A stretch of 64,000 nt of DNA from a virus. Under the pieces are notes generated by a model that had not been told where the DNA came from, ran no database searches, and worked only from the letters and a program-made list of their open reading frames with translations. Made by a program: the position numbers and the translations under genes. Shown piece by piece: positions 30,501-39,875 of this stretch. The stretch is from positions 58,968 to 122,967 of the IMG/VR virus record IMGVR_UViG_3300029822_000001; one strand, given 5' to 3'. The first letter of the stretch is position 1; each line of letters opens with the position of its first letter.

Positions 30501-31782
30501 TTGTAGAAGTAATTACCTGGTAACCATTAACATAGGCAGTACCTGCATCAATATTAAGTCTAATTTTAGTACTGTCCAAAGGGTCTGGAGAAGTAGTACC
30601 ATTAAAACCAGAAACTACATAAGAACCAGACTCGTCAGCAGTACGCTTAGCTAGTATCTGATTAATAGCAGAATATACTGGCTTACTTGAACTAGTCCTT
30701 AACTGGTTATCTACAAAAGTATAAATAGGAATACTGCTATCATCATTATAAGTTAAGTTAACTGTATACTGTACCCGGTTAGCTCCTACCTTACCAGTAG
30801 TTAAGGAACCATCACTAGCTGTCGTATGGTCAATTAAACTACTATCCTGGTCAGCAGTAATTAAAGATTCATTAACAGTTACCCCAATATTTTCTGTTCC
30901 AGTACCCGTTAAGGTAATATCCTGCTGAACAAAATCTCGTACTGCGCCCTGTAACCAAATAGTTCCATCATTAACGGTGTATGTTTTACTGCGTTCTGTA
31001 TTATTACTATCAGCAAAACTTAGTACCCAAGCTGTTACAGAGTTACCATCTTCAGCCTTTAAGCTACTGATAGAAAAACCAACCTGACCTACAGTTAAAG
31101 CATTATAGCCATAGTTTCCTAGTAAGCTAAATGAAACTAAACCAGACGTATTTGTAGTAAAAGTTGCTACTACCTTATGACTAGTACCATCATTTAGATT
31201 AATTGTTTTTCCAGTAGTATCACTAGTTGGAACACCATTAGGAAGAGTAGTGCTAATAGAGGTACCATCAATGGTATAACTACTAAGAGATACCTTAGTA
31301 TTGTCATATACCAGTCCTAGGTTATTAAGAGTCCCAGAAGTTTTCTTTAGTGAAAAACTAATAGTAGTTGATAGTCCCTTCGTAACTACAGAAGAGAAGG
31401 ACAATCCTGGATAGTCAGAAGATACTTGAGAAGCAGAAGCTACTGAAATAACTCCTTGAGATAGATATGTTGAAGTGTTTAAAGTGGAGCTAACAGAGGA
31501 TAGACTTGATTGGCTAAAATTGTTAGCATTAACTCCACTTGGCAGATTTGAGTTATTATTAGAATTAGTTACCTTGGGTACAATATCCATGCCAGAGATA
31601 ATAGCACCTTCTTGAAACAGGGAATCACCTAACAATTCCATTTGATGGTTTTGCATAGACTGCATCTCTAGCATTTCCCAGTTAAATGCATTACGACCAG
31701 GATAAAACAGAATCTTACTATAACGCTTGTCGGCATTATAAGGATTATTGTAGGGTGGTTTACTATCGTCGTATAAAGTCAA
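27562..31782 (-). CDS. large adsorption/baseplate tail protein (DUF4815-like), paralog A
   Basis: Same motifs, colinear with paralog B. Confidence 0.8.
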   Translation of the reverse strand: MTLYDDSKPPYNNPYNADKRYSKILFYPGRNAFNWEMLEMQSMQNHQMELLGDSLFQEGAIISGMDIVPKVTNSNNNSNLPSGVNANNFSQSSLSSVSSTLNTSTYLSQGVISVASASQVSSDYPGLSFSSVVTKGLSTTISFSLKKTSGTLNNLGLVYDNTKVSLSSYTIDGTSISTTLPNGVPTSDTTGKTINLNDGTSHKVVATFTTNTSGLVSFSLLGNYGYNALTVGQVGFSISSLKAEDGNSVTAWVLSFADSNNTERSKTYTVNDGTIWLQGAVRDFVQQDITLTGTGTENIGVTVNESLITADQDSSLIDHTTASDGSLTTGKVGANRVQYTVNLTYNDDSSIPIYTFVDNQLRTSSSKPVYSAINQILAKRTADESGSYVVSGFNGTTSPDPLDSTKIRLNIDAGTAYVNGYQVITSTTTPVSLDKSVTSSGSTSEQYVYQPSYQLVNQPVQQVNKVVASVQGKNQNVVRSSSGITDTFASTTEVYQIVSVVQGSTTYTQGTDFSYSANVITWGRDSNGNSLNGAKVPSAGSSYIVVYNYTAVLTEGTDYKLVIDDNQNTSISFTGMSGLTPISNSLVNVDYSFFYARMDMITIKNPSSSDNNPFTVIKGSPNSLSSVKPPVLDDAYSLELGYVTILPNSDKAIFVMDTVKNMPFSELQKRATQVDNLQYNSAISSATQAATSTVNPLTYKDVFADNFVSLDVADTSNKDFTAAYDFSDGYIVPSIRSSISYTPTIDSTSSTTRTTGSFVTANYTETNTISQTSVTDTINVNPYDVYSINGSLSLSPAVDNWVDQQHTTIYNKKVQKSVSTIGTYNASDYLNSLGLNIDNAHLSYGDFDATNAEMVGNFNHYWDYERSDAWGKYTIDTTKEIGSKTVNSAIQFMRQTEVTFDATNLLPDADNLQVTIDDVPVDTPKAASSSYQGTQEGTFKADSNGEVKGTFKIPIGIQCGSRNVKVANGDNMAFTSYTAYGTTEDVQKIVNKVAVTVYLYDPVAQSFTLSDNKYLTSIGMYFYRTPSTNNVTAHPSISVQVRTLNSDGSGPSNEVLGTATIASDTIKTSNDASAETRVYFDDIIPLNANQGYCFVVVTDSDNYWLYKATKGKHLLGDESTYLTGRPSDNGNLFTSSNAQSWVDDPSSSLKYNVYTASFNTEASLVFTPNTLSNLSFTDGDTTITPDQINRMALLTAYTTAGNTNIDWYVRYLMSSDDASAKLSDRNWLPMNAVNGVSTSSINESGNSPYRGQLNFEGNVRQVQLMAKMSATSNVSPKISLDALHLVGIVDNTSATYLSENVDESDDAAFNTLKAQINAHVPTSGTIDLQYSIDGGSTWNTFSNNGTSPSVPTSIKAVNPMDNKYTFVGKVPGSSLATQVKYKVSIKGPDQYHKPQAGSFTVVLTNE

Positions 31783-31800
31783 TTTATATCTTCATCCTTT

Positions 31801-32358
31801 CTACAATGCCACAATGTATCCAACAACATATCTTGAATACGTTGAATCGTAGCTTTTTACTAATTCGTTGGTATACCCAAGTAAAGTTCCTTGGTTACTA
31901 ATTTCAGAAGCCTTTCCATAGCTTTTACCACTAGTAACAGTAGGAGAACTAACAATTCCAACCTGACGATACTGACCATATGGTAGAGTATCAGGGTCAA
32001 TTTCAGACTCTAGGTAAACATATCTAGCATTATTAGCAATAGCATCATCGCTACTCTGTGCAACTTCCCAGTACGTATTTTTATAACTAATTGTTGTACT
32101 AGAAGCAGTTGTTACTGGATAAACCAGCTTTCCAGTAGTAACCTTGTAGATACCTAACAAGTCGCTTAGACTCGTTGTTGTTTTAACTTCTGCATCAGGA
32201 GAACTTTCGTTATCCCAAGCAGTAGTTTTAGCAAATAAAAACCAGTAATTATTCAAGTTAGCTAAAAAGTTCTGGGCCATAACTGTATGACCAACATTTG
32301 TTTCAATTGCCAAATTTACACCCCACTTATTCTGTAATGATGTCTGCGCCATAGTCAT
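31801..32358 (-). CDS. baseplate structural protein
   Basis: KTTAWDNESSP, ARYVYLE, YRQVGI; synteny. Confidence 0.75.
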   Translation of the reverse strand: MTMAQTSLQNKWGVNLAIETNVGHTVMAQNFLANLNNYWFLFAKTTAWDNESSPDAEVKTTTSLSDLLGIYKVTTGKLVYPVTTASSTTISYKNTYWEVAQSSDDAIANNARYVYLESEIDPDTLPYGQYRQVGIVSSPTVTSGKSYGKASEISNQGTLLGYTNELVKSYDSTYSRYVVGYIVAL

Positions 32359-35300
32359 AGTTGCTACTGTATAAATTAGTTCCTAAACTATCACCAACAG
32401 TATTAATTACAACGTACATATTACTTAATGTTTCATCTTTATCTAATATAATTCGGTAGTACATAACTCCATCGTCATTTAAGTAACTAACTAGGTCACT
32501 TATAGCAATACTTTGCTCGTTAGATGATAGTACTAATAAATTTTCCCATGAATTAGTATCCTGGTTATACCCTTGTATTGTGTTTCCACTAGCATCATTA
32601 TCGACAACCAAAGTACTGCTTTCAATCTTGGACTGTAACTCTTTACGATAGTTACTTGTTTTCAATTGATTACCTTGGTCAAGATAACTTTGTACTACAT
32701 TAATAGTACCATACACATACTGAGAATTGGTCGATTCTGAGCTATCATGGGTAACTTTAATTGGTGTAAGGCCAAGAAGACTAATATCAATAGGTGTACC
32801 AACGTTAGGAACACTGTCTGCACCTTCTGGTGAGTAATCACCACTATACTTAGTTAAGTAATAGTATTGATAGCCATATGGATATGAACCAGTATACGAA
32901 TTAGTACCGTTCCAGGTACTACTACTATTCCATGAAAAAGAAGAACCCAAAGAAGTACTACCTTGACTTACCTCAATTCTAGTATAATCATTTATACCAT
33001 ACTGCTCATTAAGAATCTTAGCTAATTCAGTTATTAAGTCAGCACCGTAGTCAGTATTATCACTACTCAAGTTAATACCATAACCATCACTTGCATTAAT
33101 CAGGTCTAGGGACAGTTGTGACAAGCTAATACTACTGTTTGTATCAAGTACAATACGAGTGTATACGACCCCATTATTAGATAAGTAACTATTATAGTTT
33201 GCTAGTCGCCAACTAAAAGTTGTACCAGACAAGGAATTAATACTATCCCAGGATTTAGTACCAAAGTTGTAAACCTCAAAAGTACTATTTCCAGTTAACG
33301 AATAATTCATACCAAGTAACGTTCCATTGTACAAATTACTAAATAAATCAGCGTAACTATTAATAGTAGTTGTCCCATATTTATTCAAATAATAGTTGGC
33401 TAGGTCATAAGTTTGATAGACATACTTATTAGGTAACGTTGTTAGATAGTGGGTATTACTACCGTCCATCATAAAGTACTTAAGTGTACCTGAGGTACCA
33501 TTAGGCATACTTACTGTAAAGGTAATGCCCTCTGATGGAATAACATCACTGCTGTTAAAAGGTACTGAAATATAATGCCACTGGTAGCTACCGTGGTACT
33601 CTGATGAAAGCAGAACTGGGTCTCTACCTTCGGAGTAAGAAACTAATACAGAGCTATTAGTAGGAAGGTTAGCATAACACCCAATGTTATACATTCCTGT
33701 AGAAGTACTTCCTGAAATTGGTACGGAAATAGAGCTACCGTTAGATACTGATACTTCACCCTGATTAAATAGTAAATTAGTAGTACTTTCTGCATAAGCT
33801 TCGGCACCTGTGTTATTAGTTACGTTACTATCATCAGCTTTATCTTCTGGAGCGGGTGTCCAATCTGTTGCAATACTACCTTTTTCCAGCTTGAGCTTAC
33901 TGATATATCCCGTCCCAGAGATTGAGTCTTTTGAACCGTCTCCATTAGGATGAGATAGATAAACGTTTATACCTGAACTAAATTGTCCTCCACTTGGAGT
34001 AGTAAATGTTACCTTGTTGTACTTTTTAGTTAAAGATTCATCAATATTTAGCCAGGCAGACCAAGACCAATCGCTTGTGTAGGCACAGAAAAAGACATTT
34101 TGCTGATTATCCGTTGATTTCTGGTCGACTCGTGCCCACCCAGAAAGTGTATAAGTAGTTCCGGGTTGCAAGCCACCAGAAATTTGATAACTAGCAATAT
34201 AATAAGACTTTCCTGATAGTTCATCCTCACTAGTTCCAATTAGCAAGTTTCTGCCGCCAAGAGCATACGGAATACTCTCTTCCTTACTACCTAACTTTTG
34301 CATATCCTCTAAACTGGTTGGTGTACCAAAAAATAATTTATAAGCACCTAGGTAGTTATCTGGGTCATAGTCAGTACCACTTTGAGAAGACTCAATATAG
34401 GGAAGTCCACTATTTGATTGTCCTAACCATACAGAACCGTCACTCCATGCTGAGTTGTTCCAAGACAATGTCTGAGCTTCCGTTGCATCTTCAATTGTAT
34501 CCCCAGGAATGATTGAGTCCTTATTGAATAAGTTATATCCGTAAAGAAGCCTTAAGTATCCAACCAGAGTTACATCAATATCAGCACCATAGTTACTATT
34601 GTCAGAGTACAACTTAACACCGTACCCCTCAGTTCTTTTTGATACATCTAAACCTACCCAGTTTAATTTTAGTACCCTATTTATAGAGTTTGTTAAATTC
34701 AACCTACTGTACACATAACCATTAGTATTTACATAAGGAGAAATATCATTCATACTGTATGAATAAAAAGTATCTTCTAATGTTCCTACAGTTACCCAAA
34801 GCTTTAGATTCCAATTGTACAACTGAACACTAGGGTATCCACTAGCATTCGTTGAAGTACTAATCTGGTTAAAAGCATAACTAATTAGCTTGTTACTATA
34901 AAGACTATTAAGTTCAGTACCATAGTCACTACCGGATAGTTCCCCAATGTACTTATTATAGAATCCTACTAAGTTAAAAGTACTATATACGTAGTTACCT
35001 GATAGTTCATTATCTGTGTACTGCTCGTTACTTCCTAAGTAAAATAGTCCAATGTAGTTATCATCATCTTTAAAAGGACCACTAACAATAAATTGTATTC
35101 CTTCATCAGGCATCTGGAAGTTATCATCTATTGTAATTTTAATGGTATTCCAAGTGTACTTCCCATTGTATGAGGAAGATAATAATACGGGTTCCTCATT
35201 CTTACTATACCTAATTTGTACAGAAGCGGTACTTGATAGCTTAGCATAGCAACCAATGTAGTAGTCTCCCTTAGGTAAAGTATCTAAATTACTACTAGAG

Positions 35301-36334
35301 ATAGTTACTCCGTTAGTAACGTGGTACATCTTATAATTACCAAAGTTTTCTTTAGCTGTTAAAGGAGCTGAAAAGTTCTTTAGATTAGCAGAATTCAAAA
35401 ACTTATTGTTGTCTCCATCTTCATAGCTACTGCTAAAAGGTACATATTTAGTATCATTTGCTAATAGAGCAGTATAGTCAGTATCTTCTAAAGTACTTCC
35501 AAAAAACAATTGAGTATCACTATTATATAAAGTGCTTGGAATGTAATCAAGTGACGACTGAGACAACTCTACATATGGCGTAATTTCAGATTCTTGACCA
35601 AGCCAACTATCACCAGAGTTCCAAGCTGACTTGTTCCAGATAAATTCACTAATAGCTGCTGAAGGCTCACTATAGATGCCAGGAGTCAATCTAAATGAAT
35701 CATAGATACTGTAACCATATAAGAATTGCAACTCATTAATAAATAGTAAATTATCCTCAGAACTAAAATCAAAAATAGGAGCGTTTACATCATGTGCTGA
35801 CCCGTTGTAACTAACAACCCAAAGGACCCCAGCCATTCTAAACCAATTTAATAAGTCCTGAATAGAAGAAGGCACATTTTTTCCTAGCTGAATATCAATG
35901 ACAGCAGTATCATAATAGGTACTATGAAGCTTATAGCTACTATTCCATTTACCCCTATTCCACCGAAAGATATCTCTAAAGGGCTCATAAATGTAAACAT
36001 CTGACATGTTTAAATCAAAGTAGTTAACAATAGCTTGACGGATACCTTCAACGGTACTCCTAGGATGTGTAACATGCGACTTGATTGCTGCTCTATACGT
36101 ATCGTCACTCCATCCATCCTTACGATTAAGACCAAACCAGGAACCCCAGTAGTCTAAAAAAGGCCCTTCAGCTTCATTTAATAAACTCTCTTGCTTTGAC
36201 ATAATAGTGTCGTCTTTAACTTGAGATAATGTGTAATCAATAGCTCCAATAATTGCATCGTGCACTGAATACATATCATGATTATTGCTAATCTTTTTAC
36301 GCCAAACTGGTGGTAAAAAACGTGTAAATGACAT
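32327..36334 (-). CDS. baseplate wedge/tail morphogenesis protein with internal repeats and a carbohydrate-binding-like insert
   Basis: FLDYWGSWFG..R...SDD.YR, IYEPF, AGV N-terminal wedge domain; follows baseplate J. Confidence 0.75.
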   Translation of the reverse strand: MSFTRFLPPVWRKKISNNHDMYSVHDAIIGAIDYTLSQVKDDTIMSKQESLLNEAEGPFLDYWGSWFGLNRKDGWSDDTYRAAIKSHVTHPRSTVEGIRQAIVNYFDLNMSDVYIYEPFRDIFRWNRGKWNSSYKLHSTYYDTAVIDIQLGKNVPSSIQDLLNWFRMAGVLWVVSYNGSAHDVNAPIFDFSSEDNLLFINELQFLYGYSIYDSFRLTPGIYSEPSAAISEFIWNKSAWNSGDSWLGQESEITPYVELSQSSLDYIPSTLYNSDTQLFFGSTLEDTDYTALLANDTKYVPFSSSYEDGDNNKFLNSANLKNFSAPLTAKENFGNYKMYHVTNGVTISSSNLDTLPKGDYYIGCYAKLSSTASVQIRYSKNEEPVLLSSSYNGKYTWNTIKITIDDNFQMPDEGIQFIVSGPFKDDDNYIGLFYLGSNEQYTDNELSGNYVYSTFNLVGFYNKYIGELSGSDYGTELNSLYSNKLISYAFNQISTSTNASGYPSVQLYNWNLKLWVTVGTLEDTFYSYSMNDISPYVNTNGYVYSRLNLTNSINRVLKLNWVGLDVSKRTEGYGVKLYSDNSNYGADIDVTLVGYLRLLYGYNLFNKDSIIPGDTIEDATEAQTLSWNNSAWSDGSVWLGQSNSGLPYIESSQSGTDYDPDNYLGAYKLFFGTPTSLEDMQKLGSKEESIPYALGGRNLLIGTSEDELSGKSYYIASYQISGGLQPGTTYTLSGWARVDQKSTDNQQNVFFCAYTSDWSWSAWLNIDESLTKKYNKVTFTTPSGGQFSSGINVYLSHPNGDGSKDSISGTGYISKLKLEKGSIATDWTPAPEDKADDSNVTNNTGAEAYAESTTNLLFNQGEVSVSNGSSISVPISGSTSTGMYNIGCYANLPTNSSVLVSYSEGRDPVLLSSEYHGSYQWHYISVPFNSSDVIPSEGITFTVSMPNGTSGTLKYFMMDGSNTHYLTTLPNKYVYQTYDLANYYLNKYGTTTINSYADLFSNLYNGTLLGMNYSLTGNSTFEVYNFGTKSWDSINSLSGTTFSWRLANYNSYLSNNGVVYTRIVLDTNSSISLSQLSLDLINASDGYGINLSSDNTDYGADLITELAKILNEQYGINDYTRIEVSQGSTSLGSSFSWNSSSTWNGTNSYTGSYPYGYQYYYLTKYSGDYSPEGADSVPNVGTPIDISLLGLTPIKVTHDSSESTNSQYVYGTINVVQSYLDQGNQLKTSNYRKELQSKIESSTLVVDNDASGNTIQGYNQDTNSWENLLVLSSNEQSIAISDLVSYLNDDGVMYYRIILDKDETLSNMYVVINTVGDSLGTNLYSSNYDYGADIITE

Positions 36335-36359
36335 ATGGTACGTACCTCCTTTCTACTAT

Positions 36360-37667
36360 CTACTCTTCACTGAAGTAAACATTGATTGTTCCTGCTTTAA
36401 GTATCTCATTGTTTGCTGAGATATAGCGTGATTCAATATCAAGCTCATCATAACTTCCGTCACTATTTTGTACTGTACTTGCATCTGTAGCACTAACAGA
36501 ATCTACATTTTCTACCTTTGTAACTTTACCAGAGGGTACTAATGAAGCTAGTAAGCTCGTGTCATCTTTAGTAAATCTGTCCTTAGGCTGGTAGTAATCG
36601 GGTGCTACATGATAAGCCCCAATGTAAATATCATTGGTATCTTTTATATCTGTACCTCCCCTAAGAACAATATCTGGATTAGCACTAATGTCAAGTTCAC
36701 AATCTGTTACGCCATAAACGTCCAAGTCCATGATTACCTTTATTAAGTCTTTAATAGTGAGACTTTGACCAACAGTATAGTTGTTCAGTGCATTACTAAG
36801 TCTCTGCTTAAGAACATCTAATAATCCACTAATTGCTAAGGAATCATCAGATACTGTTATTCCAACATAAGCGTCTATCGTTGTTTTATGAATAGGCAAA
36901 ATAGTTACATTTATCCCGCCACCCCGATAAGGTTCTACTGCCTTAGCTACTTGTTCCTTAAGTTCTTCGCTTAAGTCCCCATTGGTATCCGCACAGTAAC
37001 AATATAAAAATCCAGGAATAGGGTCATATGCTCTAACTGAAGATATACCTGTAACGGTAGATGCTGCATAAGCAATAGCTTGTGGTGTTCCTCTTTGTAT
37101 CGACTGAACAAACTCGTTAAACCTGGTCTTAAGGTGCGACATAGTCTCTTCTTCTTGACCTGTTTGAAAATCTTCATCGTTACTTATGATATAATTACTT
37201 AGTAACTGATTACATGTATCAATAGTACCAGATGGAACATTACCGTATGTTCCTGATTCTGTACAGTAAACTGGAACTGTAGCTACAGTTGTTCCCTTTG
37301 GATAACTGTACTCAGAAATTGTCTGGTATGCCTGTGGATAGTTACTGTTAGAAGAGGTAAAAGTTGTCCCTTTGAAAATGGTCAAAGGTGCCTCAAGTGC
37401 TGGAGAAATAGAGATTGTTATGTTTCCAAAAGCGGGAGAAGCTTCAATTCGTTCAAAGCCAAAAGCCTCAAATACAGAATCTTGTACGCCTTGTTTTATA
37501 TTCTCAATAGTTAAGTAGTAATACTCTTCTAACTCTTGTGATATACTCTCATCAATACTTTCAATTGCTGACCCTGTAGTGAAATCATTAATTGTATCTG
37601 TATGGGTTAGAATATAGTCGGTCATAGAAGATAATATCTGTGACCTTGTTTTGTATCTAATAGCCAT
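36360..37667 (-). CDS. baseplate J-like protein
   Basis: DFTTGS, C...G..GNV, GQEEET, RGT..AI, YRGGGI. Confidence 0.88.
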   Translation of the reverse strand: MAIRYKTRSQILSSMTDYILTHTDTINDFTTGSAIESIDESISQELEEYYYLTIENIKQGVQDSVFEAFGFERIEASPAFGNITISISPALEAPLTIFKGTTFTSSNSNYPQAYQTISEYSYPKGTTVATVPVYCTESGTYGNVPSGTIDTCNQLLSNYIISNDEDFQTGQEEETMSHLKTRFNEFVQSIQRGTPQAIAYAASTVTGISSVRAYDPIPGFLYCYCADTNGDLSEELKEQVAKAVEPYRGGGINVTILPIHKTTIDAYVGITVSDDSLAISGLLDVLKQRLSNALNNYTVGQSLTIKDLIKVIMDLDVYGVTDCELDISANPDIVLRGGTDIKDTNDIYIGAYHVAPDYYQPKDRFTKDDTSLLASLVPSGKVTKVENVDSVSATDASTVQNSDGSYDELDIESRYISANNEILKAGTINVYFSEE

Positions 37668-37690
37668 CTAATTCGTCCCTTTCCTATATA

Positions 37691-38392
37691 TTATAGTACT
37701 TCTAAGTCACCACCAGATACTTTTGTTAGAAACAAGGTTAAAGCATCATCAAAATCTAAGGCTTCTATTTTAACTGCAATATATAAACTTCCTCCGTCAA
37801 TATTAGCGTTAGTAATTGTAGCTTTCTTAACTCGATTATCTGTAGTAATTGTTCTTAGTACTTCCGTAGTTATCTCTTGTAATGAACTTTTATTTACATT
37901 TTTACCTAGGTAGTCATAAAGGTATGTTCCATAATCTGGGTGATTCAGATAAGTACCATGTCTCGTTAATAGACGCATCTCAATAGATTGCCTTAGGTTT
38001 TCTATACCAGATACTACAGCTAAATCCCTTTTACTAGCAGAGGGGGTTAAGAAAGATACTTCTTCATTCAAATTTCGTCCCTGTTGATAGGTCAATCTAA
38101 GGTCCATCCCTAGAGTAGTATCATAAATAGAATCTTTTTCGTATGAAGTTAAAGTATCCTCCTTGATGCTATCTAAACTGTCTGTACTGGTTGGAAGTTT
38201 AATACTGTCCCCTGGAGCTACTAGATGTAAAGGATTTTCCATTTTGTCCTTATTAGTATCAACGATATAAGGGTACTTCAAGTTATTCAAAGAAGCCAAG
38301 GAATACCAATCATCAGTACTACCTAACTTCTGAAATGCTATCATTTGAAGAGTATCCCCTAAACGTATTGTGTATTTATCATAATATGCCAA
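37691..38392 (-). CDS. baseplate wedge subunit (LysM + gp25-like)
   Basis: GDTLQ.IA...LG...W..LA.LN; GIENLRQSI..RLLT..G...HPDYG; DNRV. Confidence 0.85.
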   Translation of the reverse strand: MAYYDKYTIRLGDTLQMIAFQKLGSTDDWYSLASLNNLKYPYIVDTNKDKMENPLHLVAPGDSIKLPTSTDSLDSIKEDTLTSYEKDSIYDTTLGMDLRLTYQQGRNLNEEVSFLTPSASKRDLAVVSGIENLRQSIEMRLLTRHGTYLNHPDYGTYLYDYLGKNVNKSSLQEITTEVLRTITTDNRVKKATITNANIDGGSLYIAVKIEALDFDDALTLFLTKVSGGDLEVL

Positions 38393-38411
38393 AGTATCAC
38401 CTACTTTCTTC

Positions 38412-38480
38412 CCTAATATATAACGACTAACCCTTAGTGGTTAGTCGCTACTACTTAAATCACTCTGAACTTTAGCTTGA
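38412..38480 (-). repeat. diverged direct repeat of 39806-39875 (gene 3' end plus hairpin)
   Basis: 38442-38480 vs 39837-39875: 38 of 39 nt identical. Confidence 0.92.
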
Positions 38481-38608
38481 TTGAGTGAACTACTCGGCCA
38501 TGAATGACCGAGCTTCTAGGAACACTGCATACTTACACATTAGTGGCTAGCACTACGTGCAGAGGTTACAGCTATTTACTAGGGCTCGTTCCGAGCCTGA
38601 TTAGTCGG
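38465..38608 (-). ncRNA. predicted omega-RNA of intact IS605-type TnpB; guide UCAAUCAAGCUAAAGUUCAG
   Basis: Right end homologous to 4905 and 61686, ends TTCAC at 38485. Confidence 0.75.
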
Positions 38609-39745
38609 TTAAGCGCTTAAGATATTTTTTGCAGCATTAATGTCTCTATCATGATGTATACCACAATTAGGGCATGTCCACTGACGAACATCTAAAGTAT
38701 GTTTACCGTCGTCATAGCCACAGTTAGAACAAATCTGACTGGTTTTTCTAGGATTAACGGTGACTAACTGTTTCCCATACCAAGTGCATTTATATTCTAA
38801 CTGTCTTCTAATTTCTCGCCATGACTGATTAGCAATTGCTCGAGCAAGTTTATGATTCTTAAGAAGATTTTTGATTTTCAAATCTTCGATTTTAATCACG
38901 TCATATTTCTCGACTAACTGCTTGGTTAGGTTATGCAGGTAATTACTCCTTTGGTTAGCTACCTTTTCACTATATTTAGCTACCATATGTTTTGCTTTAA
39001 GGTAGTTATTGAAGTCAGATAGCTCTCGTGGCTCCATTACTTTATTGTGGTGGTCCCAAGCAATTTCTTTCATAGCTTGTAGTCTTCTACGAGCTAACCG
39101 TTTCTCCCAGTAATGCTTCTTTTTAGCAAGAAGTTTATCAAACCTAATAGTCGGATACTTAATACCATCACTAGTAATCATTAAATCAGCAACTCCCATA
39201 TCAATCCCTACGGATGTACCGGTACTTTCCAACCTATTGCATTCAGTATCAACCAAAACAATAGCATAGAACTTTCCAGTAGAAGACAACCTAATAGTTA
39301 CATTCTTAATTTTACCAGTAATCTGATGACCTGACCTAAAATAAACAGTTCCTAACTTAGGCAACTTAAGTCGATGTTCACCAACCTGACAAATATTTTT
39401 GTTGTAGGTTGATTGATAACTTTGTTTAGGAAACTTACGGGATTTAAACTTAGGGTACCCTGAGTGCTCCTTAAATAGCTTCTGGAAAGAACTATTTAAG
39501 TCTCTACTAACATGTTGTAAACTACTTGACTCTGCCATCTTAAGAAAAGGGTATTCCTGTTTTAAACACTTAATCAGGTAGTTCATACCAAACTCATTTA
39601 CGTACGAACCACCATTTTTATATCGTTCAATCTGCATGTTAAGCAATTGATTCCACACAAATCTACAGCATCCAAAAGTATTAACTATTTTGTACTGTTG
39701 CTCAACATTAGGATATATTCTAGTTTTGACAGCTTTTAACGTCAT
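38609..39745 (-). CDS. tnpB: RNA-guided endonuclease TnpB (IS200/IS605 type), intact
   Basis: K.RIYP, FGCCRFVWN, GIDMG, IEDL, CSNC...CPNC, DRDINAA; ATG 39745. Confidence 0.95.
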   Translation of the reverse strand: MTLKAVKTRIYPNVEQQYKIVNTFGCCRFVWNQLLNMQIERYKNGGSYVNEFGMNYLIKCLKQEYPFLKMAESSSLQHVSRDLNSSFQKLFKEHSGYPKFKSRKFPKQSYQSTYNKNICQVGEHRLKLPKLGTVYFRSGHQITGKIKNVTIRLSSTGKFYAIVLVDTECNRLESTGTSVGIDMGVADLMITSDGIKYPTIRFDKLLAKKKHYWEKRLARRRLQAMKEIAWDHHNKVMEPRELSDFNNYLKAKHMVAKYSEKVANQRSNYLHNLTKQLVEKYDVIKIEDLKIKNLLKNHKLARAIANQSWREIRRQLEYKCTWYGKQLVTVNPRKTSQICSNCGYDDGKHTLDVRQWTCPNCGIHHDRDINAAKNILSA

Positions 39746-39805
39746 TTTATTCACCACCTTATGATTTAATTATAGCATATTTTCAGAGTAAGGAGTGGAT
39801 TCACT

Positions 39806-39875
39806 CCTAATACAATAGCGACTAGTCGCTAAGGGCTAGTCGCTACTACTTAAATCACTCTGAATTTTAGCTTGA
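39806..39875 (-). repeat. second copy of the repeat, forming the current 3' end of gene 39836-40414
   Basis: See 38412-38480. Confidence 0.92.

Noticed and set aside
5677-39745. TnpBs as nuclease-dead TldR-type regulators
   Set aside because: All three RuvC acidic residues are present in each copy
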